From a virus, in IMG/VR virus record IMGVR_UViG_3300025381_000024: a stretch of DNA of 46,576 nt, one strand, 5' to 3'. Both the position numbers and the translations under genes were made by a program. The notes under the pieces are model-generated. The model made no database searches. It was not told where the DNA came from and saw nothing but the letters and a program-made list of their open reading frames with translations. Shown here piece after piece: positions 35,747 through 45,055 of this stretch. Numbering within the stretch: the stretch's first letter is position 1; each line of letters begins with the position of its first letter.

Positions 35747-37957
35747 ATGCCATTTAAGTCGGAACAACAAAGAAAAGCTATGTATGCTGCATTGGCAGGA
35801 CATAGCAACATTGGAATTCCTAAAGAAGTGGCTAAAAAATTCATCAAACACAGCGAAGATGATTCTGGTGATTTCCCAGAAAAAGCTACTCCACTCAGCA
35901 CTCCAGAATTTAAAGAAGATGATGAAATCGTCATTCGTGCTGGCAAAAAAGATGAATTAAAGAAATTTCAAGGTGATTTAGCTGATGTAGCTAAAATCAT
36001 CCAAGGTCTTAAAGACCAATCTCAAACAGTACCTAGATTTGGTCAAGATGCTGACCCTTGCTGGGAAGGCTATAAACAAGTTGGCATGAAAGAAAAAGAT
36101 GGCAAAGAAGTACCAAATTGTGTGCCAGATGCTGCTGATCTAGTAGCTAAAACCCCAGAATTAGTTGCTCCAATTGCTAATAATGCTGGTGCAGCAGGTC
36201 GGGCTTCTGGAATCATGTTTGTTACTGGTGAAGGTCATACTTTATTAATTCGCAGAGGTTCAGGCGGTGGCGATTATCCTAATACCTGGTGTGTGCCAGG
36301 CGGTCATCAAAAAGAAGGCGAAACTTTAGAAGAAGCTGCTCGCAGAGAAACTAAAGAAGAAACTGGCATTGACTATAAGGGTAAATTAGAAGTATTACAC
36401 GATGATGGTCAATTCTGCACCTACATTGCTAGAGATGTAAAAAAAGAAGAAGTCAAACTCAATTATGAGTCTACTGGCTATGATTGGTGCGATCCGCTTT
36501 GCCCACCTTTGCCATTACATCCTGGTTTAGAAGTTGCATTCAAAATTGCATCCTCTAAGACTGAGACCGATGTTGCTCAGTTAATGGCTGATAACCTTAT
36601 TCCAAGTCCACAAATGTATGCCAATATCATGTTATTGGCTATCCGCATTACTGGTACTGGATTGGCTTATCGGTCAAGCATTGGCGAGAATGTCTGGAGA
36701 GACCCATCACTTTATCTAAATGATGAGTTCTTAAAAAGATGTAATGGATTAATGGTCATTATGGATCATCCAGATTCTGCGGTTCTTACTTCTAAGGAAT
36801 TTAAAAATCGTGCAGTAGGAAGTATTATGCTTCCTTATATTAAAGGTGATGAAGTCTGGGGCATCGCTAAAATCTATGACCAAGATGCTGTAAATGAAAT
36901 TTGTGAGGGAGAGATTTCTACCTCACCTTCAGTAGTATTTGACAATACTGCTGGAAACACTACACTAACTACTGAGAATGGCGAGCCACTCTTAATAGAA
37001 GGTGTTCCATTTCTTTTAGACCATATAGCTATCGTTACGAAAGCTAGAGGGTCTAGAGGTGTATGGGATAAGGGTGGCGATGCCACAGGAGTTCTTTTAA
37101 ATAACCAAGAGGTGTCTGATATGAATGACAATACTATTGCACCAAAGGCAGATGCCCAAGGTGATAAGTTGGATGCTGTACTCGCTGTACTAGGCGATTT
37201 GGCTGCAAGAATGGATGCGATGGAGAAGGAATTACCTGCTCCACCATTAGTTACTGCTGCTGATAAAAAGCGCAAAGATGATGACTCAAAACATCGTAAA
37301 GACGATGATGATGAGGAAGAAGAAGAAATGGCTAAAAAAGATGATGATGATGAGTCTGAATCTGAAGCTAAAGCCTATATGATGCGTAAAGCTGACAAGA
37401 AGCGTAAAGATGCAGAAGGTTCTGATCCAAAAGAACATGGCAAAGCTGGCGAAATCAAGCCTGATGATGAAGGCATGGTTGAACATCCTGGTCACATGGA
37501 ATTCAAAAAAGATGACGATGATGAGGAAGAAGAAGCAATGCGTAAAGATGAAGAAGAAGCTGCAATGTGCGATGCACAAGCTAAAGCTGATTCTGTTTAT
37601 GCTTCCTTCGGTAAATCTGCTTCTCGCCCATTAAAAGGCGAAGTTCTATTGTCTTATCGCAAGCGTTTGTTGCGTGGTCTCCAAGCCTATTCTGATAGCT
37701 ACAAGTCAGTAAACTTGGCTTCTATCAAAGATGCACAATTGTTAAATATTGCTGAAAAGCAAATTTTTAATGATGCTTTGATGGCTGCTAAATCACCAAC
37801 TATGTTCGCCCCAGATCAATTGATTGAAATTCATGAAAAAGATCGTGCTGGTCGTACAATCACGAAATTCAAAGGCGCAATGGAAGCATGGCTAGGTGAC
37901 TTTAAAGTTCCTTCTATGCGAGTCAAAGAATTTCATCTTTTCAACAATAAGCGATAA
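35747..37957 (+). CDS. Polyprotein: N-terminal conserved phage motifs, a Nudix hydrolase domain, a scaffold/prohead-protease-like region, and a highly charged scaffold-like C-terminus
   Basis: A perfect Nudix box GHQKEGETLEEAARRETKEETGI (GX5EX7REUXEEXGU) lies at 36302-36370. It sits in the position between MuF and the capsid genes. It has long acidic/basic runs (KDDDDEEEEEMAKKDDDDESESE and KKDDDDEEEEAMRKDEEE). Confidence 0.7.
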   Translation: MPFKSEQQRKAMYAALAGHSNIGIPKEVAKKFIKHSEDDSGDFPEKATPLSTPEFKEDDEIVIRAGKKDELKKFQGDLADVAKIIQGLKDQSQTVPRFGQDADPCWEGYKQVGMKEKDGKEVPNCVPDAADLVAKTPELVAPIANNAGAAGRASGIMFVTGEGHTLLIRRGSGGGDYPNTWCVPGGHQKEGETLEEAARRETKEETGIDYKGKLEVLHDDGQFCTYIARDVKKEEVKLNYESTGYDWCDPLCPPLPLHPGLEVAFKIASSKTETDVAQLMADNLIPSPQMYANIMLLAIRITGTGLAYRSSIGENVWRDPSLYLNDEFLKRCNGLMVIMDHPDSAVLTSKEFKNRAVGSIMLPYIKGDEVWGIAKIYDQDAVNEICEGEISTSPSVVFDNTAGNTTLTTENGEPLLIEGVPFLLDHIAIVTKARGSRGVWDKGGDATGVLLNNQEVSDMNDNTIAPKADAQGDKLDAVLAVLGDLAARMDAMEKELPAPPLVTAADKKRKDDDSKHRKDDDDEEEEEMAKKDDDDESESEAKAYMMRKADKKRKDAEGSDPKEHGKAGEIKPDDEGMVEHPGHMEFKKDDDDEEEEAMRKDEEEAAMCDAQAKADSVYASFGKSASRPLKGEVLLSYRKRLLRGLQAYSDSYKSVNLASIKDAQLLNIAEKQIFNDALMAAKSPTMFAPDQLIEIHEKDRAGRTITKFKGAMEAWLGDFKVPSMRVKEFHLFNNKR

Positions 37958-37967
37958 GGAATAAGCC

Positions 37968-38603
37968 ATGACCGCACAAATCTCTTTACAACCTATGGTA
38001 ACAACTGTAGCTAGTGGTTTATTTAACACTAATAGCAATGGTTTTACTCAAGGTGATGCGCTAGATGATCCAGCAGTTAAGTTTGCTTTGGCATCTGGTA
38101 CTTTATCAACTGCTGCAACAACTCCTTTGTGGGGTGGTGTACCTATTACTGAGTTGATCCCAACTTTGCAAAATGGTTACTATTCACAACCACAACCAGG
38201 TACTGATACATTAGGTGGAACAGTTGTTCAAGCTGGTGTTTCTTCTGCTCCTACTGGAATTGCTGTATATAACCAGGCATTTGGTGGTATTACAACTCCA
38301 CAAAGCACAGCACCTTTGTTCTCACCTGGTATGTCTGTAAACTTCTACCGCTTTGGTAGTGGTGCTCGTATTCCATTGCCTTGCGATTCTTCAGTCGTAG
38401 CCTTGGATGGTTCATCCATTACTGAAACTGTATACTGGGACACTACCAATTTGTTATTGACTACAACTGCTACAAGCAATTTTGCTGTACCTTGCAAAAT
38501 TCTTCGCACAAGTACTGCCAACAATAAGTTAGTATCGTATTCAAGCGGTACTGGTAATGCTAACTGGACTTCAACTGGCTTTATTGCAGTTGTTCAAATC
38601 TAA
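37968..38603 (+). CDS. Capsid-associated structural protein (decoration or auxiliary capsid protein), putative
   Basis: 211 aa between the scaffold and major capsid genes. Assigned by position only. Confidence 0.5.
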   Translation: MTAQISLQPMVTTVASGLFNTNSNGFTQGDALDDPAVKFALASGTLSTAATTPLWGGVPITELIPTLQNGYYSQPQPGTDTLGGTVVQAGVSSAPTGIAVYNQAFGGITTPQSTAPLFSPGMSVNFYRFGSGARIPLPCDSSVVALDGSSITETVYWDTTNLLLTTTATSNFAVPCKILRTSTANNKLVSYSSGTGNANWTSTGFIAVVQI

Positions 38604-38618
38604 CAAAGGAAAAATATT

Positions 38619-39644
38619 ATGTCAGGTTTTGCTCCTTCATTTGTAACAGTAAATCCGCATTACATGATGCCTGAGTTGATTATGCAATACAGCTTGGCTT
38701 CAGGTGCTTTTACTACCCTTGCTACAGAAAATCCAATGCCTCGCCTTGGCGAAGCGGATTTGTATGTTTATGCTAAAAAGATTCAGTTGACAACTCAGGT
38801 TTCAGCTAATCAATCTACAGCTAATCAACTGCCTAGCGCATCTGTAATTCCTTCAATGATCTCGACTGCAACTTATCGTCTGCAAACTCGTGCTCAGTAT
38901 GACAACTTCGATGAAGCTGCTACTGGCGCATGGGGCTATGCGCTGCCACAAGCAATGCGCCTGGCTGCTCGCCAAGGTATTGCTCAACAATTGCGTAATG
39001 CGCTTTTGTATGGCTACAACCCTGCAAATGGCGAAGGTCTAGTAAACACCAATGGTGCTACCCATCAAGTTTTGGGTTCAGACACTAATGGCAATACTGG
39101 CTATAGCACATGGGATAGCGGTCAACTTGCTCAATACCTATTGAACATGATTGGCAGCTTGAAAGTGTCTACTTTGCAAATCGGTCAACCTTTGCGCTTA
39201 GTTTTCCTTGCTCCACAGCGATTCATTAGCCAAATCAGCTACTCTGGTGTAGTGTCATTGACACAATTCCAGCGTATCGGTGCTGGTGTTGAAACTGCTG
39301 CTGGCTTGGTCGAAACTGTTGCTCAATGGGCAGGTGGCGATGATGTATCTTTCGCTGCTGATGACACTTTGATCGGTCAAGGTGCTGGTGGTACAGATTT
39401 GATCCTTTTAATTGCTCCAGAATTGAAGATTCCTAAAGCAAATGCTCAAATCAATACCAACATTTTTGCAACATTGACACCTAATCAGACAGCAACTTCA
39501 TTGATGCTTACTGATGTGTCTGCTCCTACTGAAATCCCTACTCCTATTGCTGATGGTGGTATTACTACCCTCTACACTATGCGTAGCACTTCAGGTTGGG
39601 GTATTCGCCCAGAAGCAATCAGCCTTTTGTCTGCTGCTTACTAA
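38619..39644 (+). CDS. Major capsid protein
   Basis: 341 aa with a strong AAAGGA Shine-Dalgarno sequence, the last gene of the head block, followed by a strong terminator as expected for the most abundant late product. Confidence 0.75.
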   Translation: MSGFAPSFVTVNPHYMMPELIMQYSLASGAFTTLATENPMPRLGEADLYVYAKKIQLTTQVSANQSTANQLPSASVIPSMISTATYRLQTRAQYDNFDEAATGAWGYALPQAMRLAARQGIAQQLRNALLYGYNPANGEGLVNTNGATHQVLGSDTNGNTGYSTWDSGQLAQYLLNMIGSLKVSTLQIGQPLRLVFLAPQRFISQISYSGVVSLTQFQRIGAGVETAAGLVETVAQWAGGDDVSFAADDTLIGQGAGGTDLILLIAPELKIPKANAQINTNIFATLTPNQTATSLMLTDVSAPTEIPTPIADGGITTLYTMRSTSGWGIRPEAISLLSAAY

Positions 39645-39661
39645 GCAATCTAGCTTTAATC

Positions 39662-39687
39662 AAAAAGCCACCTTCGGGTGGTTTTTT
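39662..39687 (+). terminator. Rho-independent terminator after the capsid gene (AAAAAGCCACC-TTCG-GGTGGTTTTTT), symmetric
   Basis: GC-rich stem, UUCG loop, a T6 tail and a matching A5 upstream. Confidence 0.85.
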
Positions 39688-39730
39688 GTTATAGTAATAC
39701 TACTTGTGTCAAGCCGAGTGTAGATTCAAT

Positions 39731-39776
39731 GGGGGGCAGGGAATCCTTAAAGAAGATTCCGCTTGATCTGTCCCCC
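39731..39776 (+). promoter_or_regulatory. GC-rich nested hairpin in the 5' region of gene 39794
   Basis: GGGGGGCAG (39731-39739) pairs with CTGTCCCCC (39768-39776, one G-T pair). The inner hairpin GGAATC-(9 nt)-GATTCC is at 39740-39760. The 3' arm TCCCC could alternatively pair with the GGGGA Shine-Dalgarno sequence at 39786-39790. Confidence 0.5.
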
Positions 39777-39793
39777 ACCCAAATTGGGGAATT

Positions 39794-40303
39794 ATGATGA
39801 AACTTTATGTAGCCAATTGCAGTAAACAAGATTTCAACTTCACTTATATGTTGTTGGAAAATCCTCGCCCATTTCATCACCGCATTCGTGCAGGTGGTCA
39901 ATGGGAAATTAATGGTAGTCATGATGAAATTGACCATATTATTAAGCAGCATTCTATTTATGGAATGATGGAAGCTAATAAGGTCAAAAAAGGTTTTGGT
40001 GGCATTGCTTATCGAATTGACAAGCCTATTAATGTGGAAGCTATTGAAGCTGGACTTAGTCAAAGCGAACAAGAAGCAATTGATCGTGCTCAACAAGCTA
40101 GAAATGTCACCGCAGCAGCAGCCGATCAAATCCTTTCTGCCAAGGCTCAAGAAATGGGATTGAAACAAAAATCAGGACTTGAGATAGAAGTAGTGGAAGA
40201 AAAGCGAAATGCAGGTGATAATAGCGAAAAGTTTGAACAAACTATTGAAGTAGTTCGAGAGGGTGTTCAGCCGATCAAAAGTCGGGGTAGACCAAGAAAA
40301 TAA
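39794..40303 (+). CDS. Hypothetical protein (169 aa) with a C-terminal SRGRPRK (AT-hook-like) tail
   Basis: The ORF lies between the capsid terminator and the connector genes and is preceded by a structured leader. Confidence 0.6.
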   Translation: MMKLYVANCSKQDFNFTYMLLENPRPFHHRIRAGGQWEINGSHDEIDHIIKQHSIYGMMEANKVKKGFGGIAYRIDKPINVEAIEAGLSQSEQEAIDRAQQARNVTAAAADQILSAKAQEMGLKQKSGLEIEVVEEKRNAGDNSEKFEQTIEVVREGVQPIKSRGRPRK

Positions 40304-40311
40304 GGTAGATT

Positions 40312-40767
40312 ATGAGTGATCCCATTACATCCCCATCATTAACTGGCTTTATTGCTTGGACAAGGGCTGTAATGGGCATTCCCACTACTGCTATTGCTGA
40401 TAATGATGTCGGTTATCAGTATGCTTATCAGGTCGCATTAGACCTAGTTCCGCTTGATTTTTCAGTTACTTCACCAGATATTTATACTTTAACTGTGTAT
40501 AACTTAGGTGGTAGCAATTTATTACAATGGCAACAAGACTTACCAGGTCAAACCTTCTTTTCTGATGCAAGATTGGCTTATGGCATGAATAACTTTGTTG
40601 CTGGTGTTATCAGTAATGCAGGGGATGTTTCTACTAATGAATCCCTGGCAGTCGGTTTAGGATTGCAAAATCTAGATTTGATTTCTTTGCAAGCGATTAA
40701 AAATCCTTATGGCAGACAAGCGATGGCATTTATGCAATCTCTTGGAACTCTCTGGGGGCTAACTTGA
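40312..40767 (+). CDS. Head-tail connector/adaptor protein, putative
   Basis: 151 aa. Assigned by position between the capsid and tail genes. Confidence 0.5.
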   Translation: MSDPITSPSLTGFIAWTRAVMGIPTTAIADNDVGYQYAYQVALDLVPLDFSVTSPDIYTLTVYNLGGSNLLQWQQDLPGQTFFSDARLAYGMNNFVAGVISNAGDVSTNESLAVGLGLQNLDLISLQAIKNPYGRQAMAFMQSLGTLWGLT

Positions 40768-41222
40768 TTCTCCATCTTGGGGTAATTGATGTCCCAGAGC
40801 CTGAAGGGAACACCACCTATGGGGTGGCTACAGAATTAGAAGAAAAATATGAATTATTTTCAGTTTTTGCCAGAGTCTATGAGAATAAAATCGTCAATGG
40901 ACTTACAGAAAGCATGGCAGGGGCTTTAGAAACTATGATGCAAGGGGGTAAGATCAAAGACCCTTTTGCCGATGCCACAAGCGAGATTGATGGCTATTTC
41001 AAGCACTTTTTAAGTTCTCAAGAAGCAGAGCAACAAGGCATACCTGGCACTCCAACCAAAGCTGCTTTAGAAGGTAAAAGCATTCGCTTTAAGGGTAGAT
41101 TGACAGCTAAAGGCTATGTTAAAGGGAAAAGGGCTGGATTTACCAGAGTTACTGGAATTCGCAGACCTTCCTTTATTGATTCTGGAGTTTTACAGGCTTC
41201 TTTTAAATCTTGGGTTGATTAA
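40764..41222 (+). CDS. Head-tail joining protein, putative (TTG start)
   Basis: 152 aa. TTG 40764 overlaps the previous stop (TTGA) and has a GGGGG Shine-Dalgarno sequence 5 nt upstream. There is no in-frame ATG nearby. Confidence 0.5.
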   Translation: MILHLGVIDVPEPEGNTTYGVATELEEKYELFSVFARVYENKIVNGLTESMAGALETMMQGGKIKDPFADATSEIDGYFKHFLSSQEAEQQGIPGTPTKAALEGKSIRFKGRLTAKGYVKGKRAGFTRVTGIRRPSFIDSGVLQASFKSWVD

Positions 41223-42250
41223 TGGCAAATGTATTTGAGACTTCAGGCGCAAAGCCACAATTGGCTTCTGGATTGGCAGAAGGGGTCAATACCCTATCTG
41301 GTAATGAACAAGTAACCTTTACTTTGTATGTAAAGCTGGTTTTGCCTTTAGATGGCTATGTTTTTTGGGTTAATGCAGCCCTTTTAACTGATACTGCTAT
41401 TTATAATGCAGCGCAATATGATCGGCTGCTTTATGATAATTATAAAGGTCAAGTACCAGCTAGGACAATTACTGCCCAAGGATCATTCCATTTAGCCCAA
41501 GAATTGCATCAATTGGATGATAGGACTACTAATTACAACCATATTATTTTTACTTCCCTACAGCCAATTCAGGACTTTAATTTAATTAATCCTCAATTGA
41601 TCTATGTTGCCACTTATCAAAATGTGCAATTTGCTTTTAGTCGTAGGGACAATTATTACAAACAAGCTGATCTTTACCATTATCGTGGCGATGCTTTGTA
41701 CTCCATCATGGATACTCAGCTTGTTGATTCAATGACCGATTTTGATAGTTCTAGTGTGATTGTGTCTAATAGCCTTCCTATCTGGCTGGCACTTAATCAA
41801 TACTTTCCTTTATATCCATCTTATTTAGTGGATCAAAATTTACCGCCACCTTATGCTGCGGTAGACATTATTTCTTCTAATACCGAAGCTATTGGTCAAT
41901 TTCCAATAGTAAATAACATTGTCATTAATGGTGGATCAAGCCCTAGTACTCAAACAACAATCAATCAATTAGCAAGCGATACAGTTAAAATTTCCATCTA
42001 TGGAATTCGCAATAATGAGGCTTTAAACTTTGCTAATTATGTGTTTCAATACAGCATGGATACCGATAATATTGGTATTCAAAATATGCCTATAATGCAA
42101 GATGAGAAAGTTACTCAACCTGAATTTGGCATTATTGCAATGAAGAAAAGTATCACCTTTAAAGTCAGTTATTACCAAAATACAGTTAATGATGTGGCTT
42201 TAAAGTTAATTAAGTCAGTTTTTGTAAGTTACAACCCAACCCAACCCTAA
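41222..42250 (+). CDS. Structural protein (342 aa), neck/tail-completion region
   Basis: ATG overlaps the previous stop (TAATG). Assigned by position only. Confidence 0.5.
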   Translation: MANVFETSGAKPQLASGLAEGVNTLSGNEQVTFTLYVKLVLPLDGYVFWVNAALLTDTAIYNAAQYDRLLYDNYKGQVPARTITAQGSFHLAQELHQLDDRTTNYNHIIFTSLQPIQDFNLINPQLIYVATYQNVQFAFSRRDNYYKQADLYHYRGDALYSIMDTQLVDSMTDFDSSSVIVSNSLPIWLALNQYFPLYPSYLVDQNLPPPYAAVDIISSNTEAIGQFPIVNNIVINGGSSPSTQTTINQLASDTVKISIYGIRNNEALNFANYVFQYSMDTDNIGIQNMPIMQDEKVTQPEFGIIAMKKSITFKVSYYQNTVNDVALKLIKSVFVSYNPTQP

Positions 42251-42271
42251 GTGTAAAAAAGGAGTTATCAA

Positions 42272-42586
42272 ATGGCAATTACCTCAAACCCAGCAGTTGT
42301 AAATGGCGCAGCTATTACAGCCCAAGGTATCAATTCTTTCCTCAACATTTCTGCTGCTACAGCAATCAAATCAAGCAAAGGTCGCATTGCTAAAGTCAAT
42401 GTTACTACTGGTGGTTCTACAAATGGCTCAATTTATGACCATGCTACTACCTCTGGTACAGGCGCAGCTAACTTAGTTGCTTCTATCCCTGATGTTATAG
42501 GTTCTTACACTATTGATTTCCCATGCGCTAATGGGATTGTGATTGTTCCTGGTACTGGAATGGTTGTTTCTGTCAGCTTTAATTAA
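42272..42586 (+). CDS. Small structural protein (104 aa)
   Basis: AAGGAG Shine-Dalgarno sequence. It lies immediately upstream of the sheath gene. Confidence 0.55.
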   Translation: MAITSNPAVVNGAAITAQGINSFLNISAATAIKSSKGRIAKVNVTTGGSTNGSIYDHATTSGTGAANLVASIPDVIGSYTIDFPCANGIVIVPGTGMVVSVSFN

Positions 42587-42599
42587 TTAGGGGTCTATT

Positions 42600-43901
42600 A
42601 TGACAACTCAAATTGTTACAGTTAATGTAACTCAAACCCTTGCTCCAGCACCCAATACTCTGCAAAGAACTGGTGCTTTGGTTAGCCAAGGTGCGACTAC
42701 ATTAGCTACTGGTACTACCGCACTTTTAACTCAATTTGCGGATTTAAGTTCTATTTTGAATGGTGCAATTACTACTTCTTCTATTAACTGGGCAACTGGT
42801 GTAGTTACTGTAGTTACTTCAGCACCTCATGGAATTCCTATTAGTGATACTGTTCCAGGCATTATTGCTGGTGTTGTTCCTACTGCCTACAATGGTACTT
42901 TCCAAGTTACTTCTACTGGTGCTTCTACATTTACTTATCCTTTGGCAAGTAATCCTGGTACTGTTACAACTCAAGGTGCTTTTACTCTTGAATCTGTACA
43001 AGAATTGGTTGCTATGGCAACTACTTATTTTGCACAAGGTTCAGCCAATGCAATTTATGTTCTTGAATTGGGAGCAGGTACAGGCGCACAAGGTGTTACA
43101 GCATTAAATAGCTACATTGTTGCTAACCCACAAAAGTTTTATGCTTATGCAGTTACTTATGAGATGTCATCTGATTCCTCATTCTTAACTTTTGCTAAAA
43201 ACTATGAATCCACCACTTCTCAAGTTTATTTCTGGGTAAAAGAAGTAATTGGTACTTATGGTGTATTTAAAAATGTTAAATCTGTAGTTTCAATGTTGCA
43301 AGATACAACTGCTCCAGTAACCGAGTGGACTCCTGCTGCAATGCTCTACAATGCCTTAAATTACAACCCAAGCGACACCAATAAAGTTGCTCCAATGGCT
43401 TTCCAATACATTTCAGGAGTAACAGCATTTACTGGTACTGTTGCACAATGTCAATTGTTAAAAACTGCTAATGTGAACTATGTTGGTACAGGCGCAGAAG
43501 GTGGCATTAGTAATACTCTGGTTCTTTGGGGTGTAACTGCTGATGGTCAAGACTATACTTACTGGTATTCAGTAGATTGGGTACAGATCAACATTAACTT
43601 GTTTATCTCCAATGCAATCATTAATGGTTCTAATAATCCAATTAATCCTTTGTACTATAACCAAGCTGGTATTAATCGCTTGCAAAAAGTAGCCCAAGGC
43701 ACTATGAATAGTGGTGTTGCTTATGGATTGGTTCTGTCTCCTGTAACTGTAAATGCAGTTCCATTTACTACTTATGTAGCAGATAACCCAAGTGACTATG
43801 CTATTGGTAAATATGCAGGTCTTTCTGTAACTTATACACCAGCGAGAGGATTCATTCAAATTGTATTTAATGTGAATGTTTCTAGCTTTGCTTTAGCATA
43901 A
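42600..43901 (+). CDS. Tail sheath protein
   Basis: 433 aa, followed by a 146-aa tube-sized gene, the frameshifted chaperones and the tape measure. This is the canonical order for contractile tails. Confidence 0.65.
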   Translation: MTTQIVTVNVTQTLAPAPNTLQRTGALVSQGATTLATGTTALLTQFADLSSILNGAITTSSINWATGVVTVVTSAPHGIPISDTVPGIIAGVVPTAYNGTFQVTSTGASTFTYPLASNPGTVTTQGAFTLESVQELVAMATTYFAQGSANAIYVLELGAGTGAQGVTALNSYIVANPQKFYAYAVTYEMSSDSSFLTFAKNYESTTSQVYFWVKEVIGTYGVFKNVKSVVSMLQDTTAPVTEWTPAAMLYNALNYNPSDTNKVAPMAFQYISGVTAFTGTVAQCQLLKTANVNYVGTGAEGGISNTLVLWGVTADGQDYTYWYSVDWVQININLFISNAIINGSNNPINPLYYNQAGINRLQKVAQGTMNSGVAYGLVLSPVTVNAVPFTTYVADNPSDYAIGKYAGLSVTYTPARGFIQIVFNVNVSSFALA

Positions 43902-43912
43902 AGGAATAAATC

Positions 43913-44353
43913 ATGGCAGCCCCATTAATTCAACAAGGCACATTAAATAGACTGCGTGGTTCAGTAGTCTATGCCGAAAATGCAACACTCAATGTAACAG
44001 CCCCATATTTGGCTAGGGAAGCTATTAGTATCGCTTTTGAAGGCGATGCAGGTATGCTCATCCCAACCTTAACTGGTGGTGTTACTTCTCCAGAACCCTA
44101 TCAAATGGCAACTGTAACCATTAATTTGCTTAAAAGTCAGGCATTAGCTAATGCTTATAAAACGCAAATTGAAACCAATGTGAATGTAGGTGATATATCG
44201 GTTATCGCTGATTCGGCAACTTTGTCGGATTATCAGATCGGTAATTGTGTTCTCAAAGGTGTTCGTGATGTTACTTATGATGGTAATGTGCCTGGTTTTG
44301 TAGTCACATTAACTGGTGTATACCAAGTTAACGCAGCACTTTGGAGTCTATAA
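43913..44353 (+). CDS. Tail tube protein
   Basis: 146 aa. Assigned by position between the sheath and the chaperones. Confidence 0.65.
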   Translation: MAAPLIQQGTLNRLRGSVVYAENATLNVTAPYLAREAISIAFEGDAGMLIPTLTGGVTSPEPYQMATVTINLLKSQALANAYKTQIETNVNVGDISVIADSATLSDYQIGNCVLKGVRDVTYDGNVPGFVVTLTGVYQVNAALWSL

Positions 44354-44357
44354 ATAG

Positions 44358-44930
44358 ATGAAAATTAATCGAGCCTTGAACTTAGTAATTCCGATTGAAT
44401 CGGAAAAAGGACAGCTATATGTTCACAGCACACCAATCTCAAGAGATATTTTTGAGCAATATTTTTTGGTAATTTCCAAAACTTTTGCTGCAATCTTTTC
44501 TCAAGGGCTTGGTGCGATTTGCGGATCAAGAATAGCCTATTTGATGCTTAAACAAACAGCAGAAGATATGGGTATTTGGAATGGAGTTTCTGGGGTCAGG
44601 GCTGGATTAGTGAATGAAATAGTTAGACTTTCAAATGTAATGATGCCATCCACAAAAGGCTGGAAAAGTATTCCTTTATATACCGCTATTGAAAAAGGTA
44701 CTTTTGATAGCGAAACAATCGCAGAAATTGAAGGCGAACTCATTTTTTTTACTTGTGTGTCTATGATAAACAAGAAGAATCAAATTCAAAGCATCATGGA
44801 CACAGTCAATGGCTTATGGGGATCGCAAACAACATCATTAAATTCTATGGAGTTTCAGAATTCCTTGATGACATCGACAGAGGTCGAGAATTCTGGAGAG
44901 ATGGAGACCACATCGTCTCTGCCTGTTTAG
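44358..44930 (+). CDS. Tail assembly chaperone (G-like, zero-frame product)
   Basis: 190 aa immediately upstream of the tape measure. It contains a T8 slippery run and an overlapping open -1 frame. Confidence 0.7.
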   Translation: MKINRALNLVIPIESEKGQLYVHSTPISRDIFEQYFLVISKTFAAIFSQGLGAICGSRIAYLMLKQTAEDMGIWNGVSGVRAGLVNEIVRLSNVMMPSTKGWKSIPLYTAIEKGTFDSETIAEIEGELIFFTCVSMINKKNQIQSIMDTVNGLWGSQTTSLNSMEFQNSLMTSTEVENSGEMETTSSLPV

Positions 44931-45055
44931 ATTATGTAAGTGTTGAAGGATTTTCCAAGTTTTTTGAGGATGTAGATATAGAATATAAGTCAAGCGCACA
45001 TGAGTTTCGCCAAAGACATATTTTGAGAGCATTAGGAAGAAACAATGGCTACTAA
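44358..45055 (+). CDS. Tail assembly chaperone, -1 frameshift fusion product (GT-like; 44358-44750 joined to 44750-45055, about 232 aa)
   Basis: The 44753-45055 ORF is in the -1 frame relative to 44358. Its stop lies 8 nt past the tape-measure ATG. Confidence 0.6.
44743..44750 (+). promoter_or_regulatory. Programmed -1 ribosomal frameshift slippery site (T TTT TTT within a T8 run)
   Basis: Zero-frame codons are ATT TTT TTT ACT. The -1 frame opens just after a stop at 44729-44731 and stays open to 45055. Confidence 0.65.

Noticed and set aside
37286-37634. ORFs 37286-37579 (minus) and 37410-37634 (plus) in the scaffold gene
   Set aside because: They are artefacts of the GAT/GAA/AAA-rich acidic-basic coding run, and their translations are pure low-complexity sequence (FFFF / KKKM).
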